Below, in pieces: positions 1 through 9,302 of a DNA stretch of 64,000 nucleotides (the stretch's first letter is position 1; every line of letters begins with the position of its first letter). Source of the stretch: a bacterium. GTDB taxonomy: Bacteria > UBA8248. The stretch lies in the NCBI GenBank assembly GCA_965218885.1, contig OZ244713.1, positions 2,800,769 to 2,864,768 of the forward strand, read 5' to 3'. Below the pieces are notes generated by a model. The model saw only the letters and a list, made by a program, of their open reading frames with translations, was not told the origin of the DNA and made no database searches. A program made the translations under genes and the position numbers.

Positions 1-38
1 TCTGGTCGAAGAGCAAACGCATTAGGGAAGGAATCGAT

Positions 39-716
39 ATGCCCAAGCCGGATATGGTGCCTGGGAAAATTCGGGTCGCGCCCTCTTTGCTCTCCTGTTC
101 TTTCGAGAAGATGGGCGAGGAAATAGCGGCGGTGCGCGAAGCCGGAGCGGACTGGCTGCATTTCGACGTGATGGACGGGCATTTCGTCCCCAACATTTCC
201 GTGGGGCCTTTGGTCGTTCAGGCGGCCAGGAGAGCCGCGCCCGACATGGTGCTTGACGTGCATTTGATGATCGCGGATCCGGATCGCTACATCGAGGCGT
301 TTGCGGATGCGGGCGCGGACATTTTGACGGTTCACGTGGAGGCGCCGACGCACATCCACCGGACCCTGCAGAGCATACGCGGGCTTGGTTTGGGCGTCGG
401 ACTGACGCTGAACCCCGGAACGCCGCTTTCGGCGATTGAGGCGCTGCTCCCGGAGGTGGATTTGGCCCTCGTCATGAGCGTCAATCCGGGTTTCGGCGGT
501 CAAAAATTCATCCCGGCCTCTTTGGATCGGATTCGGTGTCTGAGGGGGATGATTGAGGAGCAGGGGGCTTCGGTTCTGATAGAGATCGACGGCGGCGTAA
601 CGCCGCAAAATGCGGCGGAGGTGCGCGCAGCGGGCGCAGAGGCGCTGGTGGCCGGTTCCGCCGTGTTCGGGGCGAAAGACTATGCGGAGGCCATACGCGG
701 CATCAGGGGCGGTTGA
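39..716 (+). CDS. rpe: Ribulose-phosphate 3-epimerase
   Basis: APSLLS, HFDVMDGHFVPN, DVHLMI, VMSVNPGFGGQ and IDGG motifs. The stop TGA lies inside the left inverted repeat of the element at 706-1216. Confidence 0.97.
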   Translation: MPKPDMVPGKIRVAPSLLSCSFEKMGEEIAAVREAGADWLHFDVMDGHFVPNISVGPLVVQAARRAAPDMVLDVHLMIADPDRYIEAFADAGADILTVHVEAPTHIHRTLQSIRGLGLGVGLTLNPGTPLSAIEALLPEVDLALVMSVNPGFGGQKFIPASLDRIRCLRGMIEEQGASVLIEIDGGVTPQNAAEVRAAGAEALVAGSAVFGAKDYAEAIRGIRGG

Positions 717-1216
717 AAAACCCTGATTTCGTAATTCGGTGTATGAAGTCGACCAGGCGAGGGGGAAGGAAACTTCACTTCCCCCTTGAGGGGGTAGTTG
801 AAAAAGTCCCTTCGGGTCTGTTGGGATTCCACTGTAGGGGCCGCATACATGCGGCCCTTGTAGTGGGTGAAAAAAAACTAGGGTCGCATATATGCGACCC
901 CTACAATACCGCAAACCCTTTCAGACAGGTTGGATCAATTCCCCCCTTGGGGGTCTAACCCGAGCGAGTAGAGAAGAGATACACTCCCCCCTTGAGGGGG
1001 AGTCGATGAGGTGAGGGTGTAAACCCGAAACTGAATCGGTGGGGGGAGTTTTTCTGTGGCATGTCCCCCCACCGAGTCAGCCTTCACCTGTCGGTTCGGC
1101 TTCCTCGTCGCCCTTCCCGAGGAGGAAAGGCCGACGCTCAAGGGGGGAGTAATTCTTCTCTCTCCCCGGCAGGTTACATACGACGAATCACGAAATCGGG
1201 CTTTTTCAACAACCCC
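706..1216. mobile_element. MITE-like composite inverted-repeat element (copy 1), non-coding
   Basis: Left end GGGGCGGTTGAAAAACCCTGATTTCGTAATTCG (706) and the reverse complement of the right end GGGGTTGTTGAAAAAGCCCGATTTCGTGATTCG (ending 1216) are about 33-bp imperfect TIRs. Internal TIR copy at 791-806, REP pair at 834-904, nested ACTCCCCCCTTGAG/CTCAAGGGGGGAGT arms at 982-1150. Same architecture as 61743-62315. No target duplication evident here. Confidence 0.75.
834..904. repeat. Inverted pair of GTAG-type REP palindromes
   Basis: GTAGGGGCCGCATACATGCGGCCCT (834-858) and, on the minus strand, GTAGGGGTCGCATATATGCGACCCT (880-904). Confidence 0.8.
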
Positions 1217-1276
1217 CTATCGTGGCGGCTTTTTTCATTTGGTCTTGGGCGGAGTAGCCGGGCAATCCTTACGCGG

Positions 1277-1306
1277 TTGACACTTGAGGCATAAAATCCT
1301 TATAAG
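1277..1306 (+). promoter_or_regulatory. Sigma70-type promoter for the ffh operon
   Basis: TTGACA-N18-TATAAG upstream of ffh. Confidence 0.55.
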
Positions 1307-1378
1307 TTGGGTTTCCTCACTCGGCCTTGCGGGTGGAAATTCGAAAACATATTGAATATCAATTAGTTGGGGTGTTCG

Positions 1379-2713
1379 ATGTTTGATGGCTTGAAAGAAC
1401 GCCTGGGCGGAATCTTCAAGGATTTAAGAAGCCGGGGCGTTTTGGGAGAAAAACAGGTCGATTCCGCGCTTCGCGAGATTCGCCTGGCGCTGCTCGAAGC
1501 CGACGTGAACTTCCGGGTCGCCAAGGAATTGGTGGCGAAAATCCGAGAAGATTTGCTTGGGGTGGAGCGCGTTGCGCACCTCGATCCTTCCCAGCAGGTC
1601 ATCAAGACGGTTCAGAATCGTCTTACGGAACTCATGGGGACTAGGAGCGCTCCGCTCGAGCGCGCCACGAGCGGCGTCACCACCGTCATGCTCGTCGGCC
1701 TGCAGGGTTCGGGAAAAACGACGACGGCCGGCAAGATCGCACTAAGATTAAGAGGCAAGGGGTTGCGCGTTCTTCTCGTGCCTGCGGACGTCGCGCGGCC
1801 GGCGGCCATCGCCCAGCTCAAGAGGCTGGCCGAGCAGACGAGCGCCGACGCGTTCGATTCGGAAGGCATGTCGGATCCCGTGGAAATCGTCCGGCGAGCC
1901 GCCGAAAGAGCCCGGCTCGAGCATTTTGATTACTGCATCGTGGACAGCGCGGGCCGGCTGCACATCGATGATGCGTTGATGGACGAGTTGAAACAGATGA
2001 AAGAAGCGGCGCGGCCCGACGAGGTGCTCCTGGTCGCGGATGCGATGACGGGCCAGGAGGCGGTGAACTTAGGCCTGGCGTTTTCCGAGCGAATCGGCAT
2101 CACGGGCGTCGTGCTCACGAAGCTAGACGGAGACGCCAGAGGCGGCGGCGCCCTCTCGCTGCGCTCGGTGACGGGCGTGCCCGTCAAGATGGTCGGCGTA
2201 GGCGAGAAACTCGATGCGCTTGAGGAGTTTCATCCCGAGAGGATGGCCTCGCGCATTCTGGGCATGGGGGACGTCATGTCCCTCATCGAGAAGGCCGAGG
2301 CCGCCATCTCCCCCGATGACGCGAAGTCCATGGCGGAATCCCTCGGCAAGGGGACGTTCACCCTGGTGACGATGAAAGAGCAGATTCTCCAGATGCGGAA
2401 GATGGGTTCGATGGGCGAGGTCATGTCCATGATACCGGGTCTGGGAAACAAGATGCCCGACGTGGATATCGACGAGAAGGAACTCTCGCGCACGGTGGCC
2501 ATCATCGATTCGATGACGCCCACCGAGCGCATGAAGCCTGAAATCATCAAGGGCAGCCGCAGAAAGCGCATCGCCGGCGGGAGCGGAACCCGGGTGCAGG
2601 ATGTGAACCGGCTGCTCAAGCAATTCTCGCAAACGCAGAAACTGATGAAGCAATTTTCCAGGGGCGGCAAGAAAAAACAGATGCAGAGAATGCGTCAAAT
2701 GCTTAATTTTTAA
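1379..2713 (+). CDS. ffh: Signal recognition particle protein Ffh
   Basis: MFDGLKERL start, [24 protein letters not shown] GTPase motifs and Met-rich M domain. ATG 1379 preferred over TTG 1367. Confidence 0.98.
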   Translation: MFDGLKERLGGIFKDLRSRGVLGEKQVDSALREIRLALLEADVNFRVAKELVAKIREDLLGVERVAHLDPSQQVIKTVQNRLTELMGTRSAPLERATSGVTTVMLVGLQGSGKTTTAGKIALRLRGKGLRVLLVPADVARPAAIAQLKRLAEQTSADAFDSEGMSDPVEIVRRAAERARLEHFDYCIVDSAGRLHIDDALMDELKQMKEAARPDEVLLVADAMTGQEAVNLGLAFSERIGITGVVLTKLDGDARGGGALSLRSVTGVPVKMVGVGEKLDALEEFHPERMASRILGMGDVMSLIEKAEAAISPDDAKSMAESLGKGTFTLVTMKEQILQMRKMGSMGEVMSMIPGLGNKMPDVDIDEKELSRTVAIIDSMTPTERMKPEIIKGSRRKRIAGGSGTRVQDVNRLLKQFSQTQKLMKQFSRGGKKKQMQRMRQMLNF

Positions 2714-2724
2714 GGAGAAAAACT

Positions 2725-2970
2725 TTGGCCGTAAAGATCAGACTTACCCGCGGGGGTATGAAAAAAGCGCCGCGCTACCGCGTCGTCGTGCAGGATGAGC
2801 GCATGCCGCGCGATGGTCGTTTCATCGAAAGTATCGGCCGCTACGATCCGTCGCAGGATCCCGCATTCGTTCATATCGATCTCGAGAAGGCGAAGGCCTG
2901 GATGGAGAAGGGCGCCATCCCGACCCGGACGGTCAAGAATCTGCTCGACAGGGCAGGCATCAACGATTAG
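2725..2970 (+). CDS. rpsP: 30S ribosomal protein S16
   Basis: [21 protein letters not shown]...PRDGRFIE; SD AAGGAG; TTG start. Confidence 0.98.
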   Translation: MAVKIRLTRGGMKKAPRYRVVVQDERMPRDGRFIESIGRYDPSQDPAFVHIDLEKAKAWMEKGAIPTRTVKNLLDRAGIND

Positions 2971-2979
2971 GGACGCCCG

Positions 2980-3486
2980 ATGAGCGGCAAGGTAGCCGTG
3001 GGCGTCGCGCTCAAGCCGCACGGTCTCAAAGGAGCCGTCCGGGTGGAGCCCTGGCTCGATGACTTGGACGCCTACGGGCGAATCGAAGAAGTGTTCTCAC
3101 GTGGTGAGCCATCGAGGAGATTCGAGGTGGCGGCCTGCCACCGGGGCGGCAAGGGAGCCGTTGTCTGGAAGTTTGCGGGAATCGACGCCCCCGAAGACGC
3201 CGAGGCGCTGCGGGGGATTGTTTTTCTGGCGGACAGAAAATTCCTGGCCGGCCCCGATGAGGGGGTTCTCTATTTCGAGGATTTCGAAGGCTGCGACATC
3301 GCCGACGAAGAGGGCAGCCTGCTCGGGCGTGTGGTGGACATGTTCGGAGCCGGCGGAAACGACGTTATCGTCATCCGCGCGCCGGGGGGAGAAGAGTTGC
3401 TCGTGCCCGCAACGCGCGAGGTCGTATTGAGGCGCGAGGACGGGCGCTGGATTTTCCGTCCCCCAAAGCTCGATGTCGAGGATTGA
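2980..3486 (+). CDS. rimM: Ribosome maturation factor RimM
   Basis: VGVALKPHGLKGAVRV, GAGGNDVIVI; between rpsP and trmD. Confidence 0.95.
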   Translation: MSGKVAVGVALKPHGLKGAVRVEPWLDDLDAYGRIEEVFSRGEPSRRFEVAACHRGGKGAVVWKFAGIDAPEDAEALRGIVFLADRKFLAGPDEGVLYFEDFEGCDIADEEGSLLGRVVDMFGAGGNDVIVIRAPGGEELLVPATREVVLRREDGRWIFRPPKLDVED

Positions 3487-3495
3487 GGAGTTTCC

Positions 3496-4224
3496 ATGCG
3501 AATCGACATTCTTTCCGTGCTTCCCCGCATGGTGGAAGAGGCGTTCCGGGAGGGCGTCGTGGGACGCGCGGTCCAACAGGGCGTTCTGGAGCTCAAGGTC
3601 TGGAATTTGCGCGATTTCGCCGAGGGGAAATATCAACAGACCGACGACGCTCCCTTCGGCGGCGGAGCGGGCATGGTCATGAAGCCGGAACCCATCTTGA
3701 AGGGCGTTCGGGAGATTCGCGAAGACGGCGATGCCGAACCGCTCAAGGTCCTGCTCACGCCGCAGGGGCGGTTGTTCGATCAGGCGGCCGCGCACAGGTT
3801 CTCCAAGTCTCCCAGGCTGCTCCTCATCTGCGGGCGCTACGAGGGCGTGGACGAGAGGGTGAGCGAATTGTGCGTGGATGAAGAGATCTCCATCGGCGAC
3901 TACGTGCTCTCGGGAGGGGAGATTCCTGCCATGGCCGTCATCGACGCCGTCGGCAGGCTCATCCCCGGCGTTTTGGGCAACGATGATTCGGCGGCGCAGG
4001 ACAGCTTCACGGACGGCCTGCTCGATCATCCCCACTACACGCGGCCGGCGGAGTTCGAGGGAATCCGCGCGCCGGACGTGCTCTTGTCCGGCGACCACGA
4101 GGCGGTTCGCCTCTGGAGGAGACGCCAGGCGCTCGAAAGAACGCGCGAAAGGCGAAAGGATCTGTTCGAGCGGGCCGAATTGAGCGATGAAGATTTGCGC
4201 TTGCTGAAATCTTCGCGGACTTAA
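3496..4224 (+). CDS. trmD: tRNA (guanine-N1)-methyltransferase TrmD
   Basis: DDAPFGGGAGMVM, LICGRYEGVDER, SIGDYVLSGGE, PHYTRP. Confidence 0.98.
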   Translation: MRIDILSVLPRMVEEAFREGVVGRAVQQGVLELKVWNLRDFAEGKYQQTDDAPFGGGAGMVMKPEPILKGVREIREDGDAEPLKVLLTPQGRLFDQAAAHRFSKSPRLLLICGRYEGVDERVSELCVDEEISIGDYVLSGGEIPAMAVIDAVGRLIPGVLGNDDSAAQDSFTDGLLDHPHYTRPAEFEGIRAPDVLLSGDHEAVRLWRRRQALERTRERRKDLFERAELSDEDLRLLKSSRT

Positions 4225-4229
4225 AAGGA

Positions 4230-4811
4230 TTGGGAGTATTGGGCAACGTCTATCTCGCGCTGATCCACTACCCTGTGCTCAATCGCGAAGGCGACGTGGT
4301 GACTTCTTCGGTCACGAGCCTCGATTTGCACGATCTCGCCCGCGTAGGCCGCACCTATGGCGCCTCGGGCGTATTTGTGGTACATCCATCTGCTCCCCAG
4401 CGGGCGTTCGTCGAGCGGGTGATAGGGCATTTCACGGAGGGCCCCGGCCGCACGTTACACCCGCAAAGGAGCGAGACGCTCGAATTCCTGGAAGTTCTGC
4501 CGTCTCTGGATGTGCTCATCGAGGAGGTGGAACGCAAGGAATCAAAAAAGCCGCGATGCGTGGCCACGACGGCCAGGCGAGTCCCGGGCGCCGTGGGGTA
4601 TGAAGCGCTGCGCGGCGAGATGAAGGAGATGGACGCCCCGCTCATCATTTTGTTCGGCACGAGTTGGGGTCTGGCGGATGAGGTGTTGGAGATGTCCGAG
4701 GTGGTTTTGCTTCCCGTGGAGGCGCAAGCCCATACGGGTTTCAACCATCTGCCGGTTCGCGGTGCGGCGGCGATTGTGGTAGATCGTATTCTCGGCAAAA
4801 GAGAGGTATAG
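4230..4811 (+). CDS. SPOUT-class RNA methyltransferase (DUF2168-like)
   Basis: YLALIHYPVLNREGDVVTSSVTSLDLHDLAR, LFGTSWGL, FNHLPVRGAAAIVVDR; family commonly follows trmD. Confidence 0.85.
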   Translation: MGVLGNVYLALIHYPVLNREGDVVTSSVTSLDLHDLARVGRTYGASGVFVVHPSAPQRAFVERVIGHFTEGPGRTLHPQRSETLEFLEVLPSLDVLIEEVERKESKKPRCVATTARRVPGAVGYEALRGEMKEMDAPLIILFGTSWGLADEVLEMSEVVLLPVEAQAHTGFNHLPVRGAAAIVVDRILGKREV

Positions 4812-4841
4812 TGCCGATTTTCCAGAACAAGGAGCGGGCAG

Positions 4842-5189
4842 GTGAACATTATCGATAAAGTTGAGCGCCAGGGCATGCGCAAGGACGTTCCCGAATTCGA
4901 TTCGGGAGATACGGTGCGCGTTCACGTGAAAATCGTCGAGGGCGACAAGGAGCGCATCCAGGTGTTCGAGGGCGTCGTCATCGGAAGGCAGGGCGGCGGT
5001 CTTCGCGAAAGATTTCGCGTTCGCAAACTCTCTTACGGAATCGGCGTGGAACGCATCTTCCCGTTGCATTCCCCGAGAGTCGACAAGATAGAAGTCACCC
5101 GAAGAGGGCGCGTGCGCCGTGCGAAGCTCTACTACTTGAGAGATCGCAAGGGCAAGGCCGCCCAGGTGAAAGAGCGGCGCAGAAGGTAG
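4842..5189 (+). CDS. rplS: 50S ribosomal protein L19
   Basis: [43 protein letters not shown]. Confidence 0.99.
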   Translation: MNIIDKVERQGMRKDVPEFDSGDTVRVHVKIVEGDKERIQVFEGVVIGRQGGGLRERFRVRKLSYGIGVERIFPLHSPRVDKIEVTRRGRVRRAKLYYLRDRKGKAAQVKERRRR

Positions 5190-5346
5190 TGGGAAACGGA
5201 ATGTCCCGGTATCAGGCCTCGACATTCTCTTTTTTTCTTCGCTGTTGATTCCACAACAATTCCGCCCATCACAGACCGAACTGGAAGGGAGCTGGCTGAA
5301 ACACACGCTGTTTCGGCATGAATCCTTACAGGAAGGGGGTTGTGAC

Positions 5347-6231
5347 ATGGGACGAATTCCAGCGTTACTCTTCACGGTAGTTCTTTTATTCGGATGCGGC
5401 GGCGAGGATAAAGTCTCACAAGCTCCCGCCACCATGCCTGAAACCGACTCCACCGAGGGCGTCGTGCTGAATGAGCGCGCGGCGTTGTCCATAAGCAACA
5501 GTTATCTTCGCGTTCAAGCTGCTCCGGGGCTGCCGCCCGTGGAATTGACTCTCGAATCGCAATGCGACGGGCAGTCCTGCACGATTACGGAACCGAATAC
5601 GGGTATCAGTGAATCCGTATCCCTGCAGGAACTCCAATCTACCGACACGGACAGCATAGAGAATCTAAGACAGGTAGTACATTTCAGCCTGACGAAGAGG
5701 GACGTCGCCGTCTATGGCGGTTCCGTCGGCTTCGAATTGGGGGAGGGCAGTTCCGTCCACGCCACGGCTTTTGGTGGCTGGATGGTCTACAACTATTTCC
5801 TCGCGGCTTGGGGAGACTATTCCGATACGACCTACCCGTCGGCCCAAGTCGGTGTGGGGCTTTCCATCGGCAACGCTACCGGAACGCATCCTGCCGTGGA
5901 TGCCATTTATAACGGCGTCATGCTCGGCGTAATCACGGCGGAAGGAGGTACTCAGGGGGACGGCGTGGAAGGAGATGCGACTCTTGAGTTCAGCATAGCG
6001 AATCCCAGAGGCGCTCAGATGGACGTTTCTTTCACCAATATAACGAATCGAGAAACGGGTGGTACGCTTTCCGACAACACATGGAGCGCTCTTCAGGTCC
6101 TGCCAGACGGGACTTTCGATACGGGCGACATTCACGGACTTTTCTACGGGCCGAATCACGAAGAGGTGGGCGGCACATTCAATCGGAGCGGCGTCGCCGG
6201 CGCTTTCGGCGCAAGCAAGGCAAGCGAATAG
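5347..6231 (+). CDS. Putative lipoprotein with C-terminal TbpB/transferrin-binding-like beta-barrel
   Basis: From ATG 5347: MGRIPALLFTVVLLFG-C lipobox. C-terminus GLFYGPNHEEVGGTF...AGAFGA resembles the TbpB-type barrel end. Confidence 0.65.
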   Translation: MGRIPALLFTVVLLFGCGGEDKVSQAPATMPETDSTEGVVLNERAALSISNSYLRVQAAPGLPPVELTLESQCDGQSCTITEPNTGISESVSLQELQSTDTDSIENLRQVVHFSLTKRDVAVYGGSVGFELGEGSSVHATAFGGWMVYNYFLAAWGDYSDTTYPSAQVGVGLSIGNATGTHPAVDAIYNGVMLGVITAEGGTQGDGVEGDATLEFSIANPRGAQMDVSFTNITNRETGGTLSDNTWSALQVLPDGTFDTGDIHGLFYGPNHEEVGGTFNRSGVAGAFGASKASE

Positions 6232-6318
6232 ATTATTCCTCTTGCGCTCAAGGATATCGGTTAACTTGACCTAGAAAATGCTCGCGGAAGGTAGGGCGGA
6301 ATAGCTTCAAAAATAGAG

Positions 6319-6348
6319 AAGACCCGGGGTTTTGCCCCGGGTCTTTTT
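6319..6348. terminator. Intrinsic terminator between convergent genes
   Basis: AAGACCCGGGG-ttttg-CCCCGGGTCTT followed by a T tract. Confidence 0.8.
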
Positions 6349-6370
6349 GTTGCCGTTGCTCCCTCTCCAT

Positions 6371-7360
6371 TCAACCCTCCAGAAAATTCTGCACCTCGTT
6401 GTATAAAGCCTCGCGGCGCCATTCGTACTGGGCGAAATGCGTGGCTTCTCCCAGGACGACCGAGCGCTTCCCGCGGCTTCCCGTGAGCGCGCGGTACACG
6501 GCGGCGAAAATGGGGTCGGTCGAACTCCTGTCGTGATCCCCCCGGATGGTCAGGACCGGACAGGTGATTCTGCTCGCGTCGTAAAGCGGCTTGTTGCGCG
6601 CGCGGTCATAGCCGTCCGCCATCGCGCCGTTGGGTACGCGGACGGCGGGGGTTTTTCTGCGCGCGCCCTCGGGGTCGAATTTGAGTTGTTCTCTCCAGAA
6701 GCGTTTGATCGCCGCCTCTGTCCGCCACTTCGCGTGCTGCCCCTTGGGGATGCTCCCGTCCCAACGCTCGCGCTGGTAGGCTTCCGTGACCCAGCGCCAC
6801 GCCCCTTTTCGAGGGTCCCAGCGTCCGGGGCGCGCGGGGTCTTCCGAGAGGGCCGCCGCCTGGGGATTGTCGTATGCGTAAAACGGAGCATAGAGAGCGA
6901 GGCGGCGGATGCGCGCCTGTTTTCCGGCCGTGAAGGCGGCCGTGGTCGTCGTGCCCCATGACCAGCCGAGGAGGTTCAGCTTGTTGATGGCGTTTTGCTC
7001 GCAGATGAATCGCACGGCGGCGTCGATGTCGCGCACCGCGGTGATTCCCCGCACGGCCGGGGGTTGACCGGCGGCGCTTCGGAGCATTTCCGGAGGCCTC
7101 GTGGAAGGGCCGTAGCCCCGGATACAAAGGGCGTAGACGTGAAAACCACGACTGGAGGCGAAGTCCATCCACGAGTAGCCGGGCAACGGAAGATCGAAGG
7201 CGACGGGCGCCGGGGTGCTTTGCCCGTGCACCATGAGCAGCGTGTTGGCCGTTTCCGACTTCTTCATTCCGCGCGGTTTTTTCTCTCTTAAATGCAGCTT
7301 GATGCCTTCGTCGTGTGAGTCGATGAGGTGGTCTTTTTGATAAATATCTTTCTTTGCCAA
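6371..7360 (-). CDS. Alpha/beta fold hydrolase
   Basis: LMVHG, GYGPS, nucleophile elbow GWSWG, RGDHD, C-terminal His (ATHFA); TTG start. Confidence 0.85.
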   Translation of the reverse strand: MAKKDIYQKDHLIDSHDEGIKLHLREKKPRGMKKSETANTLLMVHGQSTPAPVAFDLPLPGYSWMDFASSRGFHVYALCIRGYGPSTRPPEMLRSAAGQPPAVRGITAVRDIDAAVRFICEQNAINKLNLLGWSWGTTTTAAFTAGKQARIRRLALYAPFYAYDNPQAAALSEDPARPGRWDPRKGAWRWVTEAYQRERWDGSIPKGQHAKWRTEAAIKRFWREQLKFDPEGARRKTPAVRVPNGAMADGYDRARNKPLYDASRITCPVLTIRGDHDRSSTDPIFAAVYRALTGSRGKRSVVLGEATHFAQYEWRREALYNEVQNFLEG

Positions 7361-7499
7361 CGTATTTTCTCCAATTCGAGGGATATGCTCATCTTCTCAG
7401 ATTTCAGGCCATCCCCCAAGCCGGATGGCGGGTTTGCGCCTTGAGAACTCCCGGATTCATCGATATATTAGGGGGATCCACCGCCCTGTATGGTCTTTC

Positions 7500-8102
7500 A
7501 TGTATTCCATCGAGCTTGATCTCGCAAGAGAAGGCGTCTCGATCGTCGCAGGCGTGGACGAGGCCGGGCGCGGCCCCCTGGCGGGCCCGGTGGTGGCCGC
7601 CGCCGTGGTGCTCGACCCGGAAAATCGGATTGCCGGCCTTGACGATAGTAAGAAACTATCCCCGCGCCAGAGGGAGGCGTTGTTGCCCGAGATTCTGGCG
7701 AAAGCGCGCGCCGTCGCCCTGGCGGCGGCAGGGCCGCGCGAGATCGAGAGAATCAACATCCTGCAAGCATCGCTTCGCGCGATGGCGACCGCCGTGGAGG
7801 GGCTTGGACTTGCGCCCGCTCACATACTCATCGACGGAAACAAGAGGATTCCCGTCCCGTTGCCGCAAACCCCACTCGTGAAAGGAGATTCGCGGTGCGC
7901 CTGTATCGCCGCGGCGAGTGTTGTCGCCAAGGTGTATCGGGACCGGGTGATGGCCCGGATGGAGGGACGTTTCCCGGGCTATGGCTTCGGCAAGCACAAG
8001 GGCTATCCCACGCGGGAGCATCTCGCCGCTCTGGAGCGTCATGGTCCATGCCGCATTCATCGGCGGACTTTCCGGGGCGTGCCGGCCGTGGTCGGAGCGT
8101 GA
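7500..8102 (+). CDS. rnhB: Ribonuclease HII
   Basis: AGVDEAGRGPLAGPVVAAAV, DSKKL, IDGN, KGD, KHKGYPT. ATG 7500 preferred. Confidence 0.97.
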   Translation: MYSIELDLAREGVSIVAGVDEAGRGPLAGPVVAAAVVLDPENRIAGLDDSKKLSPRQREALLPEILAKARAVALAAAGPREIERINILQASLRAMATAVEGLGLAPAHILIDGNKRIPVPLPQTPLVKGDSRCACIAAASVVAKVYRDRVMARMEGRFPGYGFGKHKGYPTREHLAALERHGPCRIHRRTFRGVPAVVGA

Positions 8103-8109
8103 GGACGCG

Positions 8110-8469
8110 ATGAGCCGCGAGAGCGGAAAAATTGGAGAAGACGTGGCCGTGAAATTCCTGCGCAGACGCGGCTATCAAATCATCGAGCGAAACTACCGTG
8201 GCTCACGCTACGAGGTGGACATCATCGCGCGCGAAGGCGGGGTTCTCTCGTTCGTCGAGGTGAAGACCCGCGCGCCGGGCAAGTCCTTAAGCGGCGCGGA
8301 AGCCATCAATCGCGAGAAACAGCGGAGAATCGCCCAAGCCGCGCAGCACTACCTGCTGACGCACCCGGAAGAGCGCTCATCCGTCTGCCGTTTCGACGTG
8401 GTGTTGCTTGAAGCGGAGGCGGGGAAAAAACCAAAGGCGAAAGAACTTATCCGGAATGCGTTTCAGTAA
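8110..8469 (+). CDS. yraN: YraN (UPF0102) family protein
   Basis: GEDVAVKFLRRRGYQIIERNYR, EVDIIA, FVEVKTR, RFDVV; follows rnhB. Confidence 0.93.
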   Translation: MSRESGKIGEDVAVKFLRRRGYQIIERNYRGSRYEVDIIAREGGVLSFVEVKTRAPGKSLSGAEAINREKQRRIAQAAQHYLLTHPEERSSVCRFDVVLLEAEAGKKPKAKELIRNAFQ

Positions 8470-8522
8470 CGTAGGTTCCCGGGTTTTTATCTTTTTGATG
8501 GGAGAGTCGGCGGTCGTCTCTT

Positions 8523-9302
8523 TCATGGATTTCGCTCGGCGATCAGGCGCAGACCCAGAAGGGTCAAATCAGGGTTGATCAGGTCGAAAACCCCTTCTTC
8601 TTCACCCAAAGCCAGGCTCTGGCCGCCCGTTGCGACGACTTTCGTTTCGCGCCCCAGTTCGGTTTTCATGCGGTCGACGATTTCCCGGACAAGGCCTCGG
8701 TAGCCGTACGCGATGCCGGATTGAATGCTGTGGACCGTGTTTTTTCCGATGACCGAGGGTGGAACGGCGGTTTCGACCCGGGGAAGCCGGGCCGTTTTGT
8801 CGATGAGCGCTTCCAGGGCGATTCCCATGCCTGGCGAAATGGCGCCGCCCAGGTATTCTCCCGCGGCGGATATCGCATCGAAGGTGATGGCCGTTCCGAA
8901 ATCGACGATGACCAAAGGCCCGCCGTACAGATGGTGGCCGGCGACGGCGTTGACGATTCTGTCCGCTCCCACCTCACGGGGGTTGTCGTATTTGATGGAG
9001 ATTCCCGTCCGTATTCCCGGACCGACGACCAGTGGTTTGACGCCGAAATAGCGTATCGCCATCTCCTCCAGATTCGGCCCCAGGGGAGGGACGACGCTCG
9101 CCATCACCACACGGCCCACGTCCGACATCTGGTGTCCCCCGAGCCGGAACAAGCCTTCCATGAGAATGGCCAGTTCATCCGTCGTGCGGCGGGCCACGGA
9201 GCCGAGCCTCCAACTCGATACGATTTCTTCGCCGTCGAAAAGCCCGACGACGGTTTGCGTGTTGCCTACGTCGATGGCCAACAAATAGGAATTTTCGCTC
9301 AT
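8523..9302 (-). CDS. coaX: Type III pantothenate kinase
   Basis: LAIDVGNTQTVVG, VGADRIVN, VDFGTAITFD, GGAISPG. Confidence 0.96.
   Translation of the reverse strand: MSENSYLLAIDVGNTQTVVGLFDGEEIVSSWRLGSVARRTTDELAILMEGLFRLGGHQMSDVGRVVMASVVPPLGPNLEEMAIRYFGVKPLVVGPGIRTGISIKYDNPREVGADRIVNAVAGHHLYGGPLVIVDFGTAITFDAISAAGEYLGGAISPGMGIALEALIDKTARLPRVETAVPPSVIGKNTVHSIQSGIAYGYRGLVREIVDRMKTELGRETKVVATGGQSLALGEEEGVFDLINPDLTLLGLRLIAERNP

Noticed and set aside
1000-1160. Possible SRP RNA or hammerhead ribozyme upstream of ffh (GATGAG...stem...GAAAC)
   Set aside because: No SRP GNRA/GGAA-GCAGC domain IV motif and no CUGANGA core in register; the structure is explained by the inverted repeat arms.
701-1221. 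Target-site duplication for repeat copy 1
   Set aside because: The flanks CATCA and CTATC do not match, so no duplication is claimed for this copy.
713-1294. Small ORFs in repeat regions (also 32455-32920 and 61668-62331)
   Set aside because: They lie across palindromic repeats, with no SD or protein-like features and no transposase motifs.
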